Positions 40,871 to 52,165 are shown, counted from the first letter of the stretch. The stretch: DNA of 64,000 bases from Octopus bimaculoides (GCF_001194135.2 NC_068981.1:177980965-178044964), one strand, 5' to 3'. Made by a program: numbers and translations. Notes: generated by a model from the sequence alone, not told the origin.

Positions 40871-41868
40871 TNNNNNNNNNNNNNNNNNNNNNNNNNNNNN
40901 NNNNNNNNNNNNNNNNNNNNNNNNNNNNNNNNNNNNNNNNNNNNNNNNNNNNNNNNNNNNNNNNNNNNNNNNNNNNNNNNNNNNNNNNNNNNNNNNNNNN
41001 NNNNNNNNNNNNNNNNNNNNNNNNNNNNNNNNNNNNNNNNNNNNNNNNNNNNNNNNNNNNNNNNNNNNNNNNNNNNNNNNNNNNNNNNNNNNNNNNNNNN
41101 NNNNNNNNNNNNNNNNNNNNNNNNNNNNNNNNNNNNNNNNNNNNNNNNNNNNNNNNNNNNNNNNNNNNNNNNNNNNNNNNNNNNNNNNNNNNNNNNNNNN
41201 NNNNNNNNNNNNNNNNNNNNNACAGACAGAGACAGACAGACAGACAGAGACAGACAGACAGACAGAGACAGAGAGACAGACAGAGAATTAGAATCCTTGA
41301 TGTTTAAAACCTATAAATCAATGTTAGCTAAAATCTATACATATACACAGTAGTTGCATAATAGTGTTGAAACAACAAAACACTAATGGTACACCAATAA
41401 TTTAATTATCAGTTTATACTTAAGCTCTTAGTAACAACAGATTTATAACCAATGTCTCTGTGGACAGTTAAAAAGGGTCCTCAATCACTGATGTAATTCC
41501 AACACAAGACTGAAACGAGACCTTATTTTTTTGTCCACAAATAGAATATATGAAGACAAATATACACGCGTACATATACGTATGTATTTATGTGTATAGT
41601 TATAGCTGTTATGATCAATCCGTGAAGTGGTGGCAATTTGTTCTATGTAGGCGTAAGGATATAAACAGATAAAAATCTCACAAATAAAATGAATAAGAGT
41701 ATGAAGCAAAGAGGAGACATACAAACAATACATTGAATATATTGAATTACCAAAAAAACAGAGCTTCTTTGCTAAAACTACAAATCTATGAAATGTTACA
41801 ATCTGCACGGTAGTTATCATTAATTCATATTCATTCCTCCTAAGATTCCTGGGTCTTGATCTTTGAGT

Positions 41869-41903
<35 letters not shown>

Positions 41904-42264
41904 CTGAAAAGGTGGCTGCACTCCACTTAGCCCCACACTGAACTTGCTAGCCTTAAGCCAAAATTTGTAACTAATATAAATATGTACAAGCACATATGCA
42001 CACATAAAAGCAGAGCATGGAACTGCAAACAAAACAAAGAAAAGGGGAGTCAAAATGATCAACCATACTCCTAGGAAAATGGCACAGCTCTGGTAAGGCT
42101 ACATAAGTAATTGAACACTAGAATCTGAGATCCAATACTATACCACTCCTCACATTCTTGACTGCAGGCTTCATGGAGTCCTTGACATCATGTGATTGAT
42201 GATCATCCTACTCACTACTCTCTGATGGTACTCCAGATGCAGCAGACCAGAGTGCTCAAACCCA

Positions 42265-42530
42265 AGAGAATGTACAAGAAGAAACAGAAGTAGCATGAAA
42301 GACAGAAGACTGAACTGGTATGGGCATGTGATGCATAATGGATAACAAGAGCTGCATCAAAAGAGCTGAACATGTGAAGTGGATGGTGCCTGTAGAAGAG
42401 AAAAATCTGTGAAGACATATGATGAAGTAATGAAGACTCAATCTAAAGCTGCTAACAAGAGACTGACAAGAGACTCAACAGTGACAACATGCTGTGCTGA
42501 AGAAAACCCACATTCTTGTGCAAGAATGGC
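42265..42530 (+). mobile_element. RTE LINE C-terminal relic
   Basis: DRRLNWYGHVMH.DNKSCIKR..VDGACRREKSVKTYDEVMK. Confidence 0.75.
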
Positions 42531-43002
42531 AGAAACAACATGGAAACAAGTAGTGATGATGGCTGGGTTACACTCATTGCATTCATCTTCTGTCCCCCCT
42601 AGAGAGAACACTAAAATGGTTAGCAACAGTGGCTGAGAACATCTCACTGTTTTCATCCTCACTCCCTCCTCCCCCACTGCTTCTATGGTATTCACTTGTC
42701 TCTCTTTCTCTCACAGCTTCCCCTACATGCATCCACTGCATACCCGCCCTACCACTCCTTCTCTCACTGACATTTACTCCTCCCCCCACCTTAGCTTCTC
42801 TGCAGGCCTCAAAACCTTCTTACTTCCTTCTCTTTGGCTCAGGATACCCCACTTCTCTTTCTTTCACTTCCCCTCTCCTCACAGCTTCTCCAGTTACTTG
42901 TCATCCTATCTCTTTTTGAAGCACTCTACCCATCCATATCCACCCTTCTAATATGGGATAGCACTGGATCTTCTTACTCTACCCCGCTCCATCATCCATA
43001 TC

Positions 43003-43044
<42 letters not shown>

Positions 43045-43329
43045 CCCTCTCTCTCTCTCTTTCTTTCTTTCTAACTCCTGACACCACATTTTACCCCACT
43101 CAACTTTTCCTGTCCTTTCCATGACTCATCTCCAGCACTGTTACTCTCCACTACAACCCCTTACAACAATGAATCTGTTCCCCCTTTCATACTAACCATC
43201 ATCTTCCCCCATTCTCATTTACCACTGATCAACTGCCCTACCACCAACCTTGCTCCCATTCACAACATCCACTTCCTATATACACCTGACCCCCATCAAT
43301 CCTATGTTTATATCCATTTCTCACTCTCC

Positions 43330-43620
43330 TTGACACTATTACAACCTTACCAACTTCAGTTCATTCTCCACTCTATCCTCTCTTCTAATTACATTTTTGG
43401 ACATGTTACCCTGAGGGTACTTTCTGCCAACTTGTCACCGATGTATTTAACTCCCTTTCAGGTATCACACCAGCCACACACAACCACCCATGTAAAATGC
43501 ATGGCAACCATGAATCACCTCAACAACAAACATGCTCCTGCTCTATCCATCACATTTTAACCTCTTAACACCTCACATAAACCAAGCACAGTATCTATCA
43601 TTCTCCCTTTAAAGTCTTGT
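43330..43620 (+). mobile_element. Possible very old CR1-like LINE 3' relic
   Basis: Pyrimidine-rich; LHSILSSNYIFGHVT loosely resembles the SLFYRYYFG.C motif; weak. Confidence 0.25.
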
Positions 43621-43639
43621 GAGTTACAAGGCAACTTCT

Positions 43640-43825
43640 CTAGAGCTAGTACCACAAAACAGCACCCAGTACACTCTGTAAAGCGGTTGGTTTTAGGAAG
43701 GGCATTCAGCTGTAGAAACCATACCAAAGAAGAAAAACATGGTCCTCTAACATGCTGGACCCAGTCAAACCATCTAAAATATACCAGTATGGAAAGCTGA
43801 TATAAAAGCGGTGATGATGATGATA
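43640..43825 (+). mobile_element. Family A tail
   Basis: CAGCACCCAGTACACTCTGTAAAGCGGTTGGTTTTAGGAAGGGCATTCAGCTGTAGAAACC...GATGATGATG. Confidence 0.75.
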
Positions 43826-43864
43826 CAGAATGTTTGTGTGTGTGTGTGCGCGCGTGCATAGGCA

Positions 43865-44140
43865 TGTACATCATCAGCATCAGCGTTTTTATCTCTACTT
43901 TTCTATGCTTGCATGGGTTGGATGGAATATTCTTGAGGTAGACTTTCTGCAGTTAGATGCCCTTCTTGTCACCGACTCTCAGTTGTTCCCAAGAAAGGTA
44001 ATATTTCCCTATAAACAGAAGTGCTTTCGCAAAAGTATGGGATGGGAGAACAGTCCTTGCATGAAGGTGACAGTTGTTTACAACTAGCATATGATGACAA
44101 AGCAAGGAGACAGTAACACACACACACACACACACACAGA
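43865..44140 (-). mobile_element. SINE tail F with internal (AC)n
   Basis: Similar to 37750-37960 and 49900-50150. Confidence 0.6.
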
Positions 44141-44156
44141 GCAATGCAAAAACTAG

Positions 44157-45905
44157 GGATAGATAAGAACTATACAGGCCCTTTACAGGGATGCTGTCAG
44201 TAAGGTGAGGGTCAGCAACGAGTATAGTGAAGAATTCCAGCTTGAAGTAGGGGTGCACCAAGGATCAGTCCTCAGCCTCCTGTTATTCATCATAGTCCTC
44301 CAGGCAATAACAGAGGAATTCAAGACTGGATGCCCTTGGGAGCACCTCTATGCTGATGTCCTTGCTCTCATAGCTGAATCACTCCCAGAACTAGAGAAGA
44401 AATGTCAGGTGTTGAAGCAAGGTCTAGAATCGAAGGGCCTTAGAGTCAATGTAGCAAAAACCAAAGTCCTAGTAAGTAGGAAGGCAGACAAATCACAAAC
44501 CCCTTCAGGTAGAAGGCCCTGCTCAATCTGTAGAAAAGATGTAGGTAGAAACTCCATAAGATGCACCCAGTGTAAGCTATGAACACATAAAAGGTGCAGC
44601 AATATCAAAGGAAGGTTAACCGGGATGATAGTTTTTGTGTGTAACAGATGCACAAGGGCAAAAAACACTGAAGATGTTCAGAAAAGAGATTCCATCACAT
44701 GGCAGGGGGAGAAACTAGAAGTAGTAGATAGCTTCCGCTACCTAGGTAACCAAGTCTGTAGTGAGGGTGGACGCACTGAGAGTGTTGCCACTAGAATAAG
44801 AATAGCCTGGGCAAGCTTCAGAAAGCTCCTACTTCTGCTGGTAATAAAAGGGCCTCCCACTCAGAGTGAAAGGTAGACTGTATGATGCATGTGTGTGAAC
44901 AGCCATGCTACACAGCAGTGAAACATGGGCTATGACTGTTGAAGACATACGTAGGCTGGAAAGAAATGAAGCTAGTATGATCTGCTGGATGTGTAATGTC
45001 AGTGTGCACTCACGACAGAGTGTAAGCACCCTGACATAAGAAGCATCAGATGTGGTTTACAAGAGAGACAAGTGTGCTGGTATGGCCACGTGCTGCGTAT
45101 GGTTGAGGAAAGTTGTGTAAAGTGTCACACCCTAACAGTGGAAGGAACCTGTGAAATAGGTAGACCCAGGAAGACATGGAATGAGGTAATGAAGCAGAAC
45201 CTTCGAACGTTGGGCCTCACAGACAAGAGACTGAGACCTTTGGAGATGTGCTGTGACTGAGAAGACCTGGCAAGTAAAGTGAGATCACAGCCGCAGGTCA
45301 TACCAGTGTTACATAACCAACCCATTGCAAACTACCCTTGAATATTGGGTGATATGCTGCGCTTGAGAAGACCTATTGAGTCAAGTAAAATCAAAAATCA
45401 AAACTCAAAATAAAAAGCAAATCAAGANNNNNNNNNNNNNNNNNNNNNNNNNNNNNNNNNNNNNNNNNNNNNNNNNNNNNNNNNNNNNATTGAGTCAAGT
45501 AAAATCAAAAATCAAAACTCAAAATAAAAAGCAAATCAAGATTGAAATCAAAATGAAAATCGTAGTTGTGGCTGATGCCAGTGCTGCCTGACTGGTACCC
45601 GTGCTGGTGGCACGTAATAAGCAACCATCCGAATGTGGTCAATGCCAGCGCTGCCTGACTGGCTCCCTGTGCTGGTGGCATGTAAATAGCACCATCCAAC
45701 ATGGTCAATGCCAGTGCCGCCAGACTGGTTCCCGTGCTAGTGGCATGTAAAAAGCACCCACCACACTCTCAGAGTGGTTGGCATTAGGAAGGGCATCAGA
45801 TCAGATTAGAGCCTGGCGCAGCCTACGGGCTTGCCAGTCCTCAGTTAAACCGTGCAACTCATGCCAACATGGAAAATGGATGTTAAACGGATGATGATGA
45901 TGACA
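44157..45905 (+). mobile_element. 5'-truncated RTE LINE: RT motifs 4-7 with PHD insert, thumb/C-terminus, repeat-containing 3'UTR, (GAT)n tail
   Basis: VGVHQGSVLSLLLFIIVL, EHLYADVLALIA, GLRVNVAKTKVL, LEVVDSFRYLG, AMLHSSETW, WYGHVLRM, GRPRKTW; several stops and frameshifts; gap 45428-45488. Confidence 0.95.
45568..45765 (+). repeat. Three ~67-bp tandem units within the RTE 3'UTR
   Basis: Units start at 45568, 45635 and 45701 (GCCAGTGCTGCCTGACTGG...GTGCTGGTGGCACGTAA). Confidence 0.85.
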
Positions 45906-46195
45906 ATGAGTTACGATGACAAGCATTTTAGTTGATTTGATCAATCGAATAGCCTGCCGATGAAATTAATATGCAATTGGCGAAGCACTTAACATAGTTC
46001 TCAGGGAGATTCAGCATGACACAGAGTGTGTGAGGGTTGGCCGTTTTGAATTACAGGTATCACTCACTTTTGCAAGATGAGTGGACTGAAGCAACAAGAA
46101 TAAAGTGTCTTGCTCAAGGACACAACATGCTGCCAGGCCATATGAACTTTCAACCTTATGATCGTGCCCAATACCCGACCCACTAACCCATGCGA
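45905..46195 (-). mobile_element. SINE family B
   Basis: Reverse complement matches 6640-6960. Confidence 0.75.
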
Positions 46196-46617
46196 CATGA
46201 CATGCACACACACACACCACCACCACCACCACCACCACCAAATACATCATGGAAGGGTGGTTTTAGCTATTTAAAAACACACAAAAAATGGTACATTGAT
46301 TTTTCTATTTATTTCGCAAGGAATGGTTGTTGTACAACTACAATCAAATCACTTCGAAGAGTTTCACTGCATCTCAGTAGAATGGTGTCAACGACCGAGC
46401 CACAGTTGCACGACTAAATGAAAAGTTAATCTAAACAGTTTTTGTTAGTCTTATCTAAAATTATTCTTTAGAAATATCATTACTTCAGCTTTGAAACAGT
46501 TTCAAATCAAGTATGGCTCTAAAACATGTATAATATTATTATCAAATTGTGTGTGTGTGTGTCTGTGTGTGTGGAGAGAGAGAGAAAGAGAGAGTTTTGT
46601 TTGTTTGCATGTGTGTG

Positions 46618-46910
46618 AAGGCACACAGTCTAGTGGTCAGGCGTGTTGCATTCACAATCTTATGATCATGGTTTCAATTCACAGACTAGCTGTGTGTTGT
46701 GTTCTTGAGAAAAACGCTTCATTTCACATTGCTCCAGTTCACTCAACTGTAAATGGCTAACCCTGCGACAGACTAGCATTCCATTCAGTGGGAATGTTGG
46801 CCTTCTCGCCTAACCAGTGGGGTGGCATCATTTGAAAGTTAAAACAATGCAAAGCGCATTGTGACCAGTGATGTATAACAACATCTGATAGTCTGGTCAG
46901 TCACATGAGA
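46618..46910 (+). mobile_element. SINE, B head with alternative 3' body
   Basis: TCTAGTGGTCAGG...GGTTTCAATTC head, TTTCACATTGCTCCAGTTCACTCAACTGTAAATGG core, ACCCTGCGACAGACTAGCATTCCATTCAG. Confidence 0.7.
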
Positions 46911-47103
46911 TCATCATCATCATCATCATCATCGTTTAACGTCCGCTTTCCATGCTAGCATGGGTTGGACGATTTGACTGAGGACTGGTGAAACCGGATG
47001 GCAACACCAGGCTCCAGTCTGATTTGGCAGAGTTTCTACAGCTGAATGCCCTTCCTAACGCCAACCACTCAGAGAGTGTAGTGGGTGCTTTTACGTGTCA
47101 CCC
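46910..47103 (-). mobile_element. Family A (RTE 3' end), low divergence, runs into gap
   Basis: Near-identical to 487-680. Confidence 0.85.
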
Positions 47104-48079
47104 NNNNNNNNNNNNNNNNNNNNNNNNNNNNNNNNNNNNNNNNNNNNNNNNNNNNNNNNNNNNNNNNNNNNNNNNNNNNNNNNNNNNNNNNNNNNNNNNN
47201 NNNNNNNNNNNNNNNNNNNNNNNNNNNNNNNNNNNNNNNNNNNNNNNNNNNNNNNNNNNNNNNNNNNNNNNNNNNNNNNNNNNNNNNNNNNNNNNNNNNN
47301 NNNNNNNNNNNNNNNNNNNNNNNNNNNNNNNNNNNNNNNNNNNNNNNNNNNNNNNNNNNNNNNNNNNNNNNNNNNNNNNNNNNNNNNNNNNNNNNNNNNN
47401 NNNNNNNNNNNNNNNNNNNNNNNNNNNNNNNNNNNNNNNNNNNNNNNNNNNNNNNNNNNNNNNNNNNNNNNNNNNNNNNNNNNNNNNNNNNNNNNNNNNN
47501 NNNNNNNNNNNNNNNNNNNNNNNNNNNNNNNNNNNNNNNNNNNNNNNNNNNNNNNNNNNNNNNNNNNNNNNNNNNNNNNNNNNNNNNNNNNNNNNNNNNN
47601 NNNNNNNNNNNNNNNNNNNNNNNNNNNNNNNNNNNNNNNNNNNNNNNNNNNNNNNNNNNNNNNNNNNNNNNNNNNNNNNNNNNNNNNNNNNNNNNNNNNN
47701 NNNNNNNNNNNNNNNNNNNNNNNNNNNNNNNNNNNNNNNNNNNNNNNNNNNNNNNNNNNNNNNNNNNNNNNNNNNNNNNNNNNNNNNNNNNNNNNNNNNN
47801 NNNNNNNNNNNNNNNNNNNNNNNNNNNNNNNNNNNNNNNNNNNNNNNNNNNNNNNNNNNNNNNNNNNNNNNNNNNNNNNNNNNNNNNNNNNNNNNNNNNN
47901 NNNNNNNNNNNNNNNNNNNNNNNNNNNNNNNNNNNNNNNNNNNNNNNNNNNNNNNNNNNNNNNNNNNNNNNNNNNNNNNNNNNNNNNNNNNNNNNNNNNN
48001 NNNNNNNNNNNNNNNNNNNNNNNNNNNNNNNNNNNNNNNNNNNNNNNNNNNNNNNNNNNNNNNNNNNNNNNNNNNNNNA

Positions 48080-48400
48080 CCTCTAGTTTTTCACCCTGGA
48101 ATGAGATAGAAGTTGTTTCCTGTTTGTTTACAGTCTTTATTGCACCTGAACATCTGCCACAAACAAAAACTAACTTGCTAGTTAACCTGCCTTTGATGTT
48201 GCTGCACCTCTTATGTGTCCATAGCTTGCACCGGGTACATCTTATAGAGTTACTACCTACTCCTTTTCTACATACTGAGCAGGGCCATCTACCTGAAGGG
48301 GTTTGTGTTTTATCTACCTTCCTACTTATTAGGATTTTGGTTTTAGCTAGGTTGACTCAAAGGCCCTTCAATTCTAGACCTTGCTTCCACACCTGAAACT
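48080..48400 (-). mobile_element. RTE LINE RT fragment with intact PHD-type insert
   Basis: KFQVWKQGLELKGL*VNLAKTKILISRKVDKTQTPSGRWPCSVCRKGVGSNSIRCTRCKLWTHKRCSNIKGRLTSKLVFVCGRCSGAIK...GEKLE. Confidence 0.93.
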
Positions 48401-48539
48401 TCTCCTCTAGTTCTGATACATACATATATGTATATATATTACATTGCACACATGAATGCATACATATATGCATGCATGCACATGCATACACACACACACA
48501 ATGGAGCAATGCCATTGCATGTTTGTTCTAAATATGGGC

Positions 48540-48930
48540 AGCACAAATGTGGCAATGATGGGCACCTCCTGTAGCAGGTGTTCAGAGAGCCTACCACTCA
48601 TGCTTACAAACATCTTTAACCTATCAGAATTTTTCATTGAGTATTTTGTGTTTTACAGCTACAGCCCACCATAGTATGCACCACATAATAGATATCTTAA
48701 TAATCAAGCTAAGCCTCTGTCTGAAGCTTTTTTAAGTGAAACAAGGCCTCACGCCTGGCCAATCCTATTCTCTGAACAGAGTTTTCCATCTCTTAAAGGG
48801 ATGTCCAAACAAAGACTGGGATCTCCAACTCACAGCTGTTGGATGGCCACTGATTCTCTTGCATCTATTAACTCTTTAACAGACAAGTTTTTTCATCCTG
48901 CAGCATTCAACAGAAACCACCCATCTTACC
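48540..48930 (-). mobile_element. Possible APE endonuclease relic of an RTE/RTEX-like LINE
   Basis: Weak: ENSVQRIG.. and MFVSMSGRL..HL..VPIIATF resemble the EN region; heavily decayed. Confidence 0.25.
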
Positions 48931-49046
48931 AAGTAGGCATGGCAATGTTGCTAGTTTAGTTACCAATGATCCAAACATTCAACAGGTTGTACAGCGTTAC
49001 ATGCAACCATTAGCACTAAGAGTGACCTCACATATGCATGTCTGTG

Positions 49047-49080
<34 letters not shown>

Positions 49081-49189
49081 TGTGAACAACACTGCTTGTA
49101 GGTTGTGACTTTTATAGAGAACAAATGTAAGCAAGCATGCATGTACATAAGCACATAAGCATATGCATGTACATATACATACATATATA

Positions 49190-49385
49190 ATCGTTGTTGT
49201 CGTCATCGTCATTATCATTTAACCTCCGTTTTCCACACTGGCATGTGTTGGACAGTTTGACAGTAGCTGTTCAGGCTCCTTGTCTGTTTTAGCTTGGTTT
49301 CTAAGGCTGGATGCCTTTCCGAATGCCAACCACTACAGAGTGTACTGGGTGCTTGTACACAGCACTGGCATGGCTGCTTTTTATA
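49190..49385 (-). mobile_element. Family A tail relic
   Basis: TTTCTAAGGCTGGATGCCTTTCCGAATGCCAACCAC. Confidence 0.7.
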
Positions 49386-49439
49386 TGGCACACGTATATA
49401 TGTATATGTACATATAGGTGTGTGCGTGTGTGTGAACAC

Positions 49440-49810
49440 ATAAAGAATTTCTTTCAGTTTTTATCTACCAAATTCACATATGGGACTCCAGTAATTGAAC
49501 AGCACAGTAAGACAATCCAAAATCACATAGTTGGGAAGCAAGCTTCCAAAACCACATGGACATGCCTGCACTTACACAAATTTTTTCTCTTTTCTACTTG
49601 TTTCAGTCATTTGACAGCAGCCATGCTGGGGCCTTGAAGAATTTTAATCAAACAAATTGACCCTAATACTTGTATTTTTTTAAAGCCAGACTTCTTTCAA
49701 TTTCTCTCTACCAAATCCATTCGCAGGGCTCTGGTTGGCTAAAGGTGCCACACAGTAGGACAGAACCTGGAACCATGTGGCTGGAAAGCAAACTTCTTAC
49801 CATGCAGCTG
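49440..49810 (-). mobile_element. SINE D/E fragments (two heads, one partial tail E)
   Basis: 49440-49560 head D; 49590-49690 tail E; 49690-49810 head D. Confidence 0.6.
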
Positions 49811-49899
49811 TGCACTTATGTATGATAAGCATGTATATCATACATATAAGTATAACAATTACATATAAATAATATATGTTATGTTTATTACATGTCATC

Positions 49900-50150
49900 A
49901 TCATTCCCATCATGATCAATAATTTGAAGACCCTCTTACACAAGTTGGACAAAATTCATGGAGGTAGATTTTCTATGGTCAGATGCTCTTCCTGTCACCA
50001 ACACTTGTTTCATGTGAGGTAATGTTTCCCCTAGTCCTTTAAACATGAACTAAAGGCAAGCTTTTTCCATGGAAAATTAAAAATTAACAACAACACCGCT
50101 TGTATAGCAGTAATGTTCTTTACAACTAGTGCACAATATGAAGACAATGT
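49900..50150 (-). mobile_element. SINE tail F relic
   Basis: GATGCTCTTCCTGTCACCAAC...GGTAATGTTTCCCC. Confidence 0.55.
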
Positions 50151-50321
50151 GTGTGTGAGTGTGTGTGTGTACACACACACATATCTATAGATGTCTACAC
50201 ATAAATATATGATTATATACATGCATGTATTTGAATGGTAGTTGCTGAAATAAGTTTTTATAGGCATAAAGATAGTGAAACGATTCACAAGAATTATAAG
50301 AATCAGATGTTATTAATGATT

Positions 50322-50407
50322 TTACTGAGAGGGACTTCGAAGTTCTGCCAGTTGTTGGCATCTGATGTGTTACTAACTACTGGCAAATCTTCGAAGTTGT
50401 CTGGTGA
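50322..50407 (+). ncRNA. Candidate pre-microRNA hairpin
   Basis: 50333-50358 pairs ungapped with 50373-50398 (23 of 26 positions paired including G-U); imperfect basal stem to about 50322/50407; UGUG in the apical region; no second copy in the window. Confidence 0.45.
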
Positions 50408-50435
50408 TGCAAACAGGAATATATATATATATATA

Positions 50436-50569
50436 TTAATATTTGGCAAAAATAACAGGGTGACTCAAGGGCTGAGGGTCTTGTGTGTTAGCACTTATCA
50501 AACTTGATAAATACTAATGCATAAAATTCTTGGCCTTTGAGCCACCCAGTTCCTTTAGCCAAATGTTAA
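50436..50569. mobile_element. Palindromic foldback element (MITE-like) flanked by TTAA
   Basis: 50441-50500 pairs ungapped with 50505-50564: 44 Watson-Crick, 8 G-U, 8 mismatches; 4-nt loop AACT; TTAA at 50436-39 and 50566-69. Confidence 0.75.
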
Positions 50570-50571
50570 CA

Positions 50572-50607
<36 letters not shown>

Positions 50608-50636
50608 CTACACACACACTACAATACTAAAATAAT

Positions 50637-50705
<69 letters not shown>

Positions 50706-51155
50706 ATAACGGACTTGATACCTTCTATATATAGAGTCTATATTTCATATATTAAGGAAGCAATATATCAGTAGATAGTATACTGTGTGTGTTTGAGTAC
50801 ATATATAAATTTGCAACTTTCTCTCTCTCTTTCTCTGTGTGTATACATATACATATATACGTATGCACCCCCCCCCCACACACACACACAAACATGCAGA
50901 CATATATATATATATGCATACATGTTCACACATATGTGTATGAGTGAGAATATGCATATTTGTAGGTGCACAAATACAAATCTATTTTGAATTTTTCAGA
51001 ATCACAGTTGCTTTTATCGTTTCATATTTTTAACTAATACAGAATACAATGCATAAAAAAAAACCTACTCATATAGTGTTAGCAGAAGATAGATATGTGT
51101 ATATGCAAATGNNNNNNNNNNCTGCTTGTTCTTTTTTTTTTTCGTTTTTAATTAG

Positions 51156-51179
51156 AAAAATGTTTTTAAATCAGTGCAG
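51156..51179 (+). CDS. Candidate 24-nt micro-exon (KNVFKSVQ in phase 0, or KMFLNQC in phase 2)
   Basis: Strong polypyrimidine tract TTCTTTTTTTTTTTCGTTTTTAATTAG acceptor and CAG|GTAATA donor; length divisible by 3; no partner exon identified. Confidence 0.2.
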
Positions 51180-51714
51180 GTAATATGAAAATCAAATATT
51201 TTCTAATGGTTACTCATAAACAAAACAACTACTAAATTGATGATATAATAACTATTACAGATTGAAAATTAAAAACAAAAATTAAATACTTTAATTTTTT
51301 TTTTTTAATATATAGCATATTTATTGATATAAATATATCAGTTATACTCCTTAAAACATAAAAACACAAATACAGGCTTGTATATGTCTCTACTATTACA
51401 TTTCTCGCAACAAATACAGATAATTATGCAATTGATCGGCTTTTGAAAAATCTATTGGAATAAGGGAAGTAACTCAAATATTTAATTCATTAAAAGCTCA
51501 TTTATGAATTGACGATTTTTTAAGCATTTCTCTTGATTAGCACAATTACTTAGATTGACACAAGACCTAAGATTATAGGGAAGTAAGGGAAGATAAATCT
51601 ACCTGCAACATATAAGCCTTTTTTTATAGATCACTAAGAGAAATCAAATGGCTACAAACGGTAAATCAAGATATAAATGTAAGGTTTGACAGCCTGGGGA
51701 AATAAGTCTATTTT

Positions 51715-51815
51715 ATCATTTGTTTCAGTCATTGGAGTGTGGCCAAGCTGGGGCACCACCTTGAAGGGCTTAGATAAATGAACTGACCTCAGTACTCTTT
51801 TTCTAATGCCTGGTG
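51715..51815 (-). mobile_element. SINE tail E fragment
   Basis: TTTGTTTCAGTCATTGGAGTGTGGCCAAGCTGGGGCACCACCTTGAAGG. Confidence 0.65.
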
Positions 51816-51954
51816 CAGCTAGGTTGCAGGAAATTCTAAGATCATATAATTATTAACAATAGCAATAAAAAATATTTTCAATATGCCCAATTTTTCTTAC
51901 TATTTAATTAAATTTTAACTGTGCAAAAAAAATAAAAATAAATAAATCACAACT

Positions 51955-52095
51955 TGGTACAGTTCTATATTTAAGAGATGAGGAGTTATGTACGTTATTT
52001 ACATTTGACGGATATTTGTCCTCATCTTGTTTGTTGTTAACACAACATTTCCAGCCTTTATCAAGTGTCTTGGGAAAATTTCGAACTTGGGTTCT
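51955..52095 (-). mobile_element. Possible Penelope-like terminal relic with decayed hammerhead-like core
   Basis: Reverse complement ACAC-TTGATAA-AGGCTG-GAAA-TGTTGTG; 9-bp inverted repeat at 51976-84 / 52019-27. Confidence 0.3.
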
Positions 52096-52130
52096 CAAAA
52101 ATTTCAGGTCTTGTGCCTTTAGTAGAAAAG

Positions 52131-52165
<35 letters not shown>

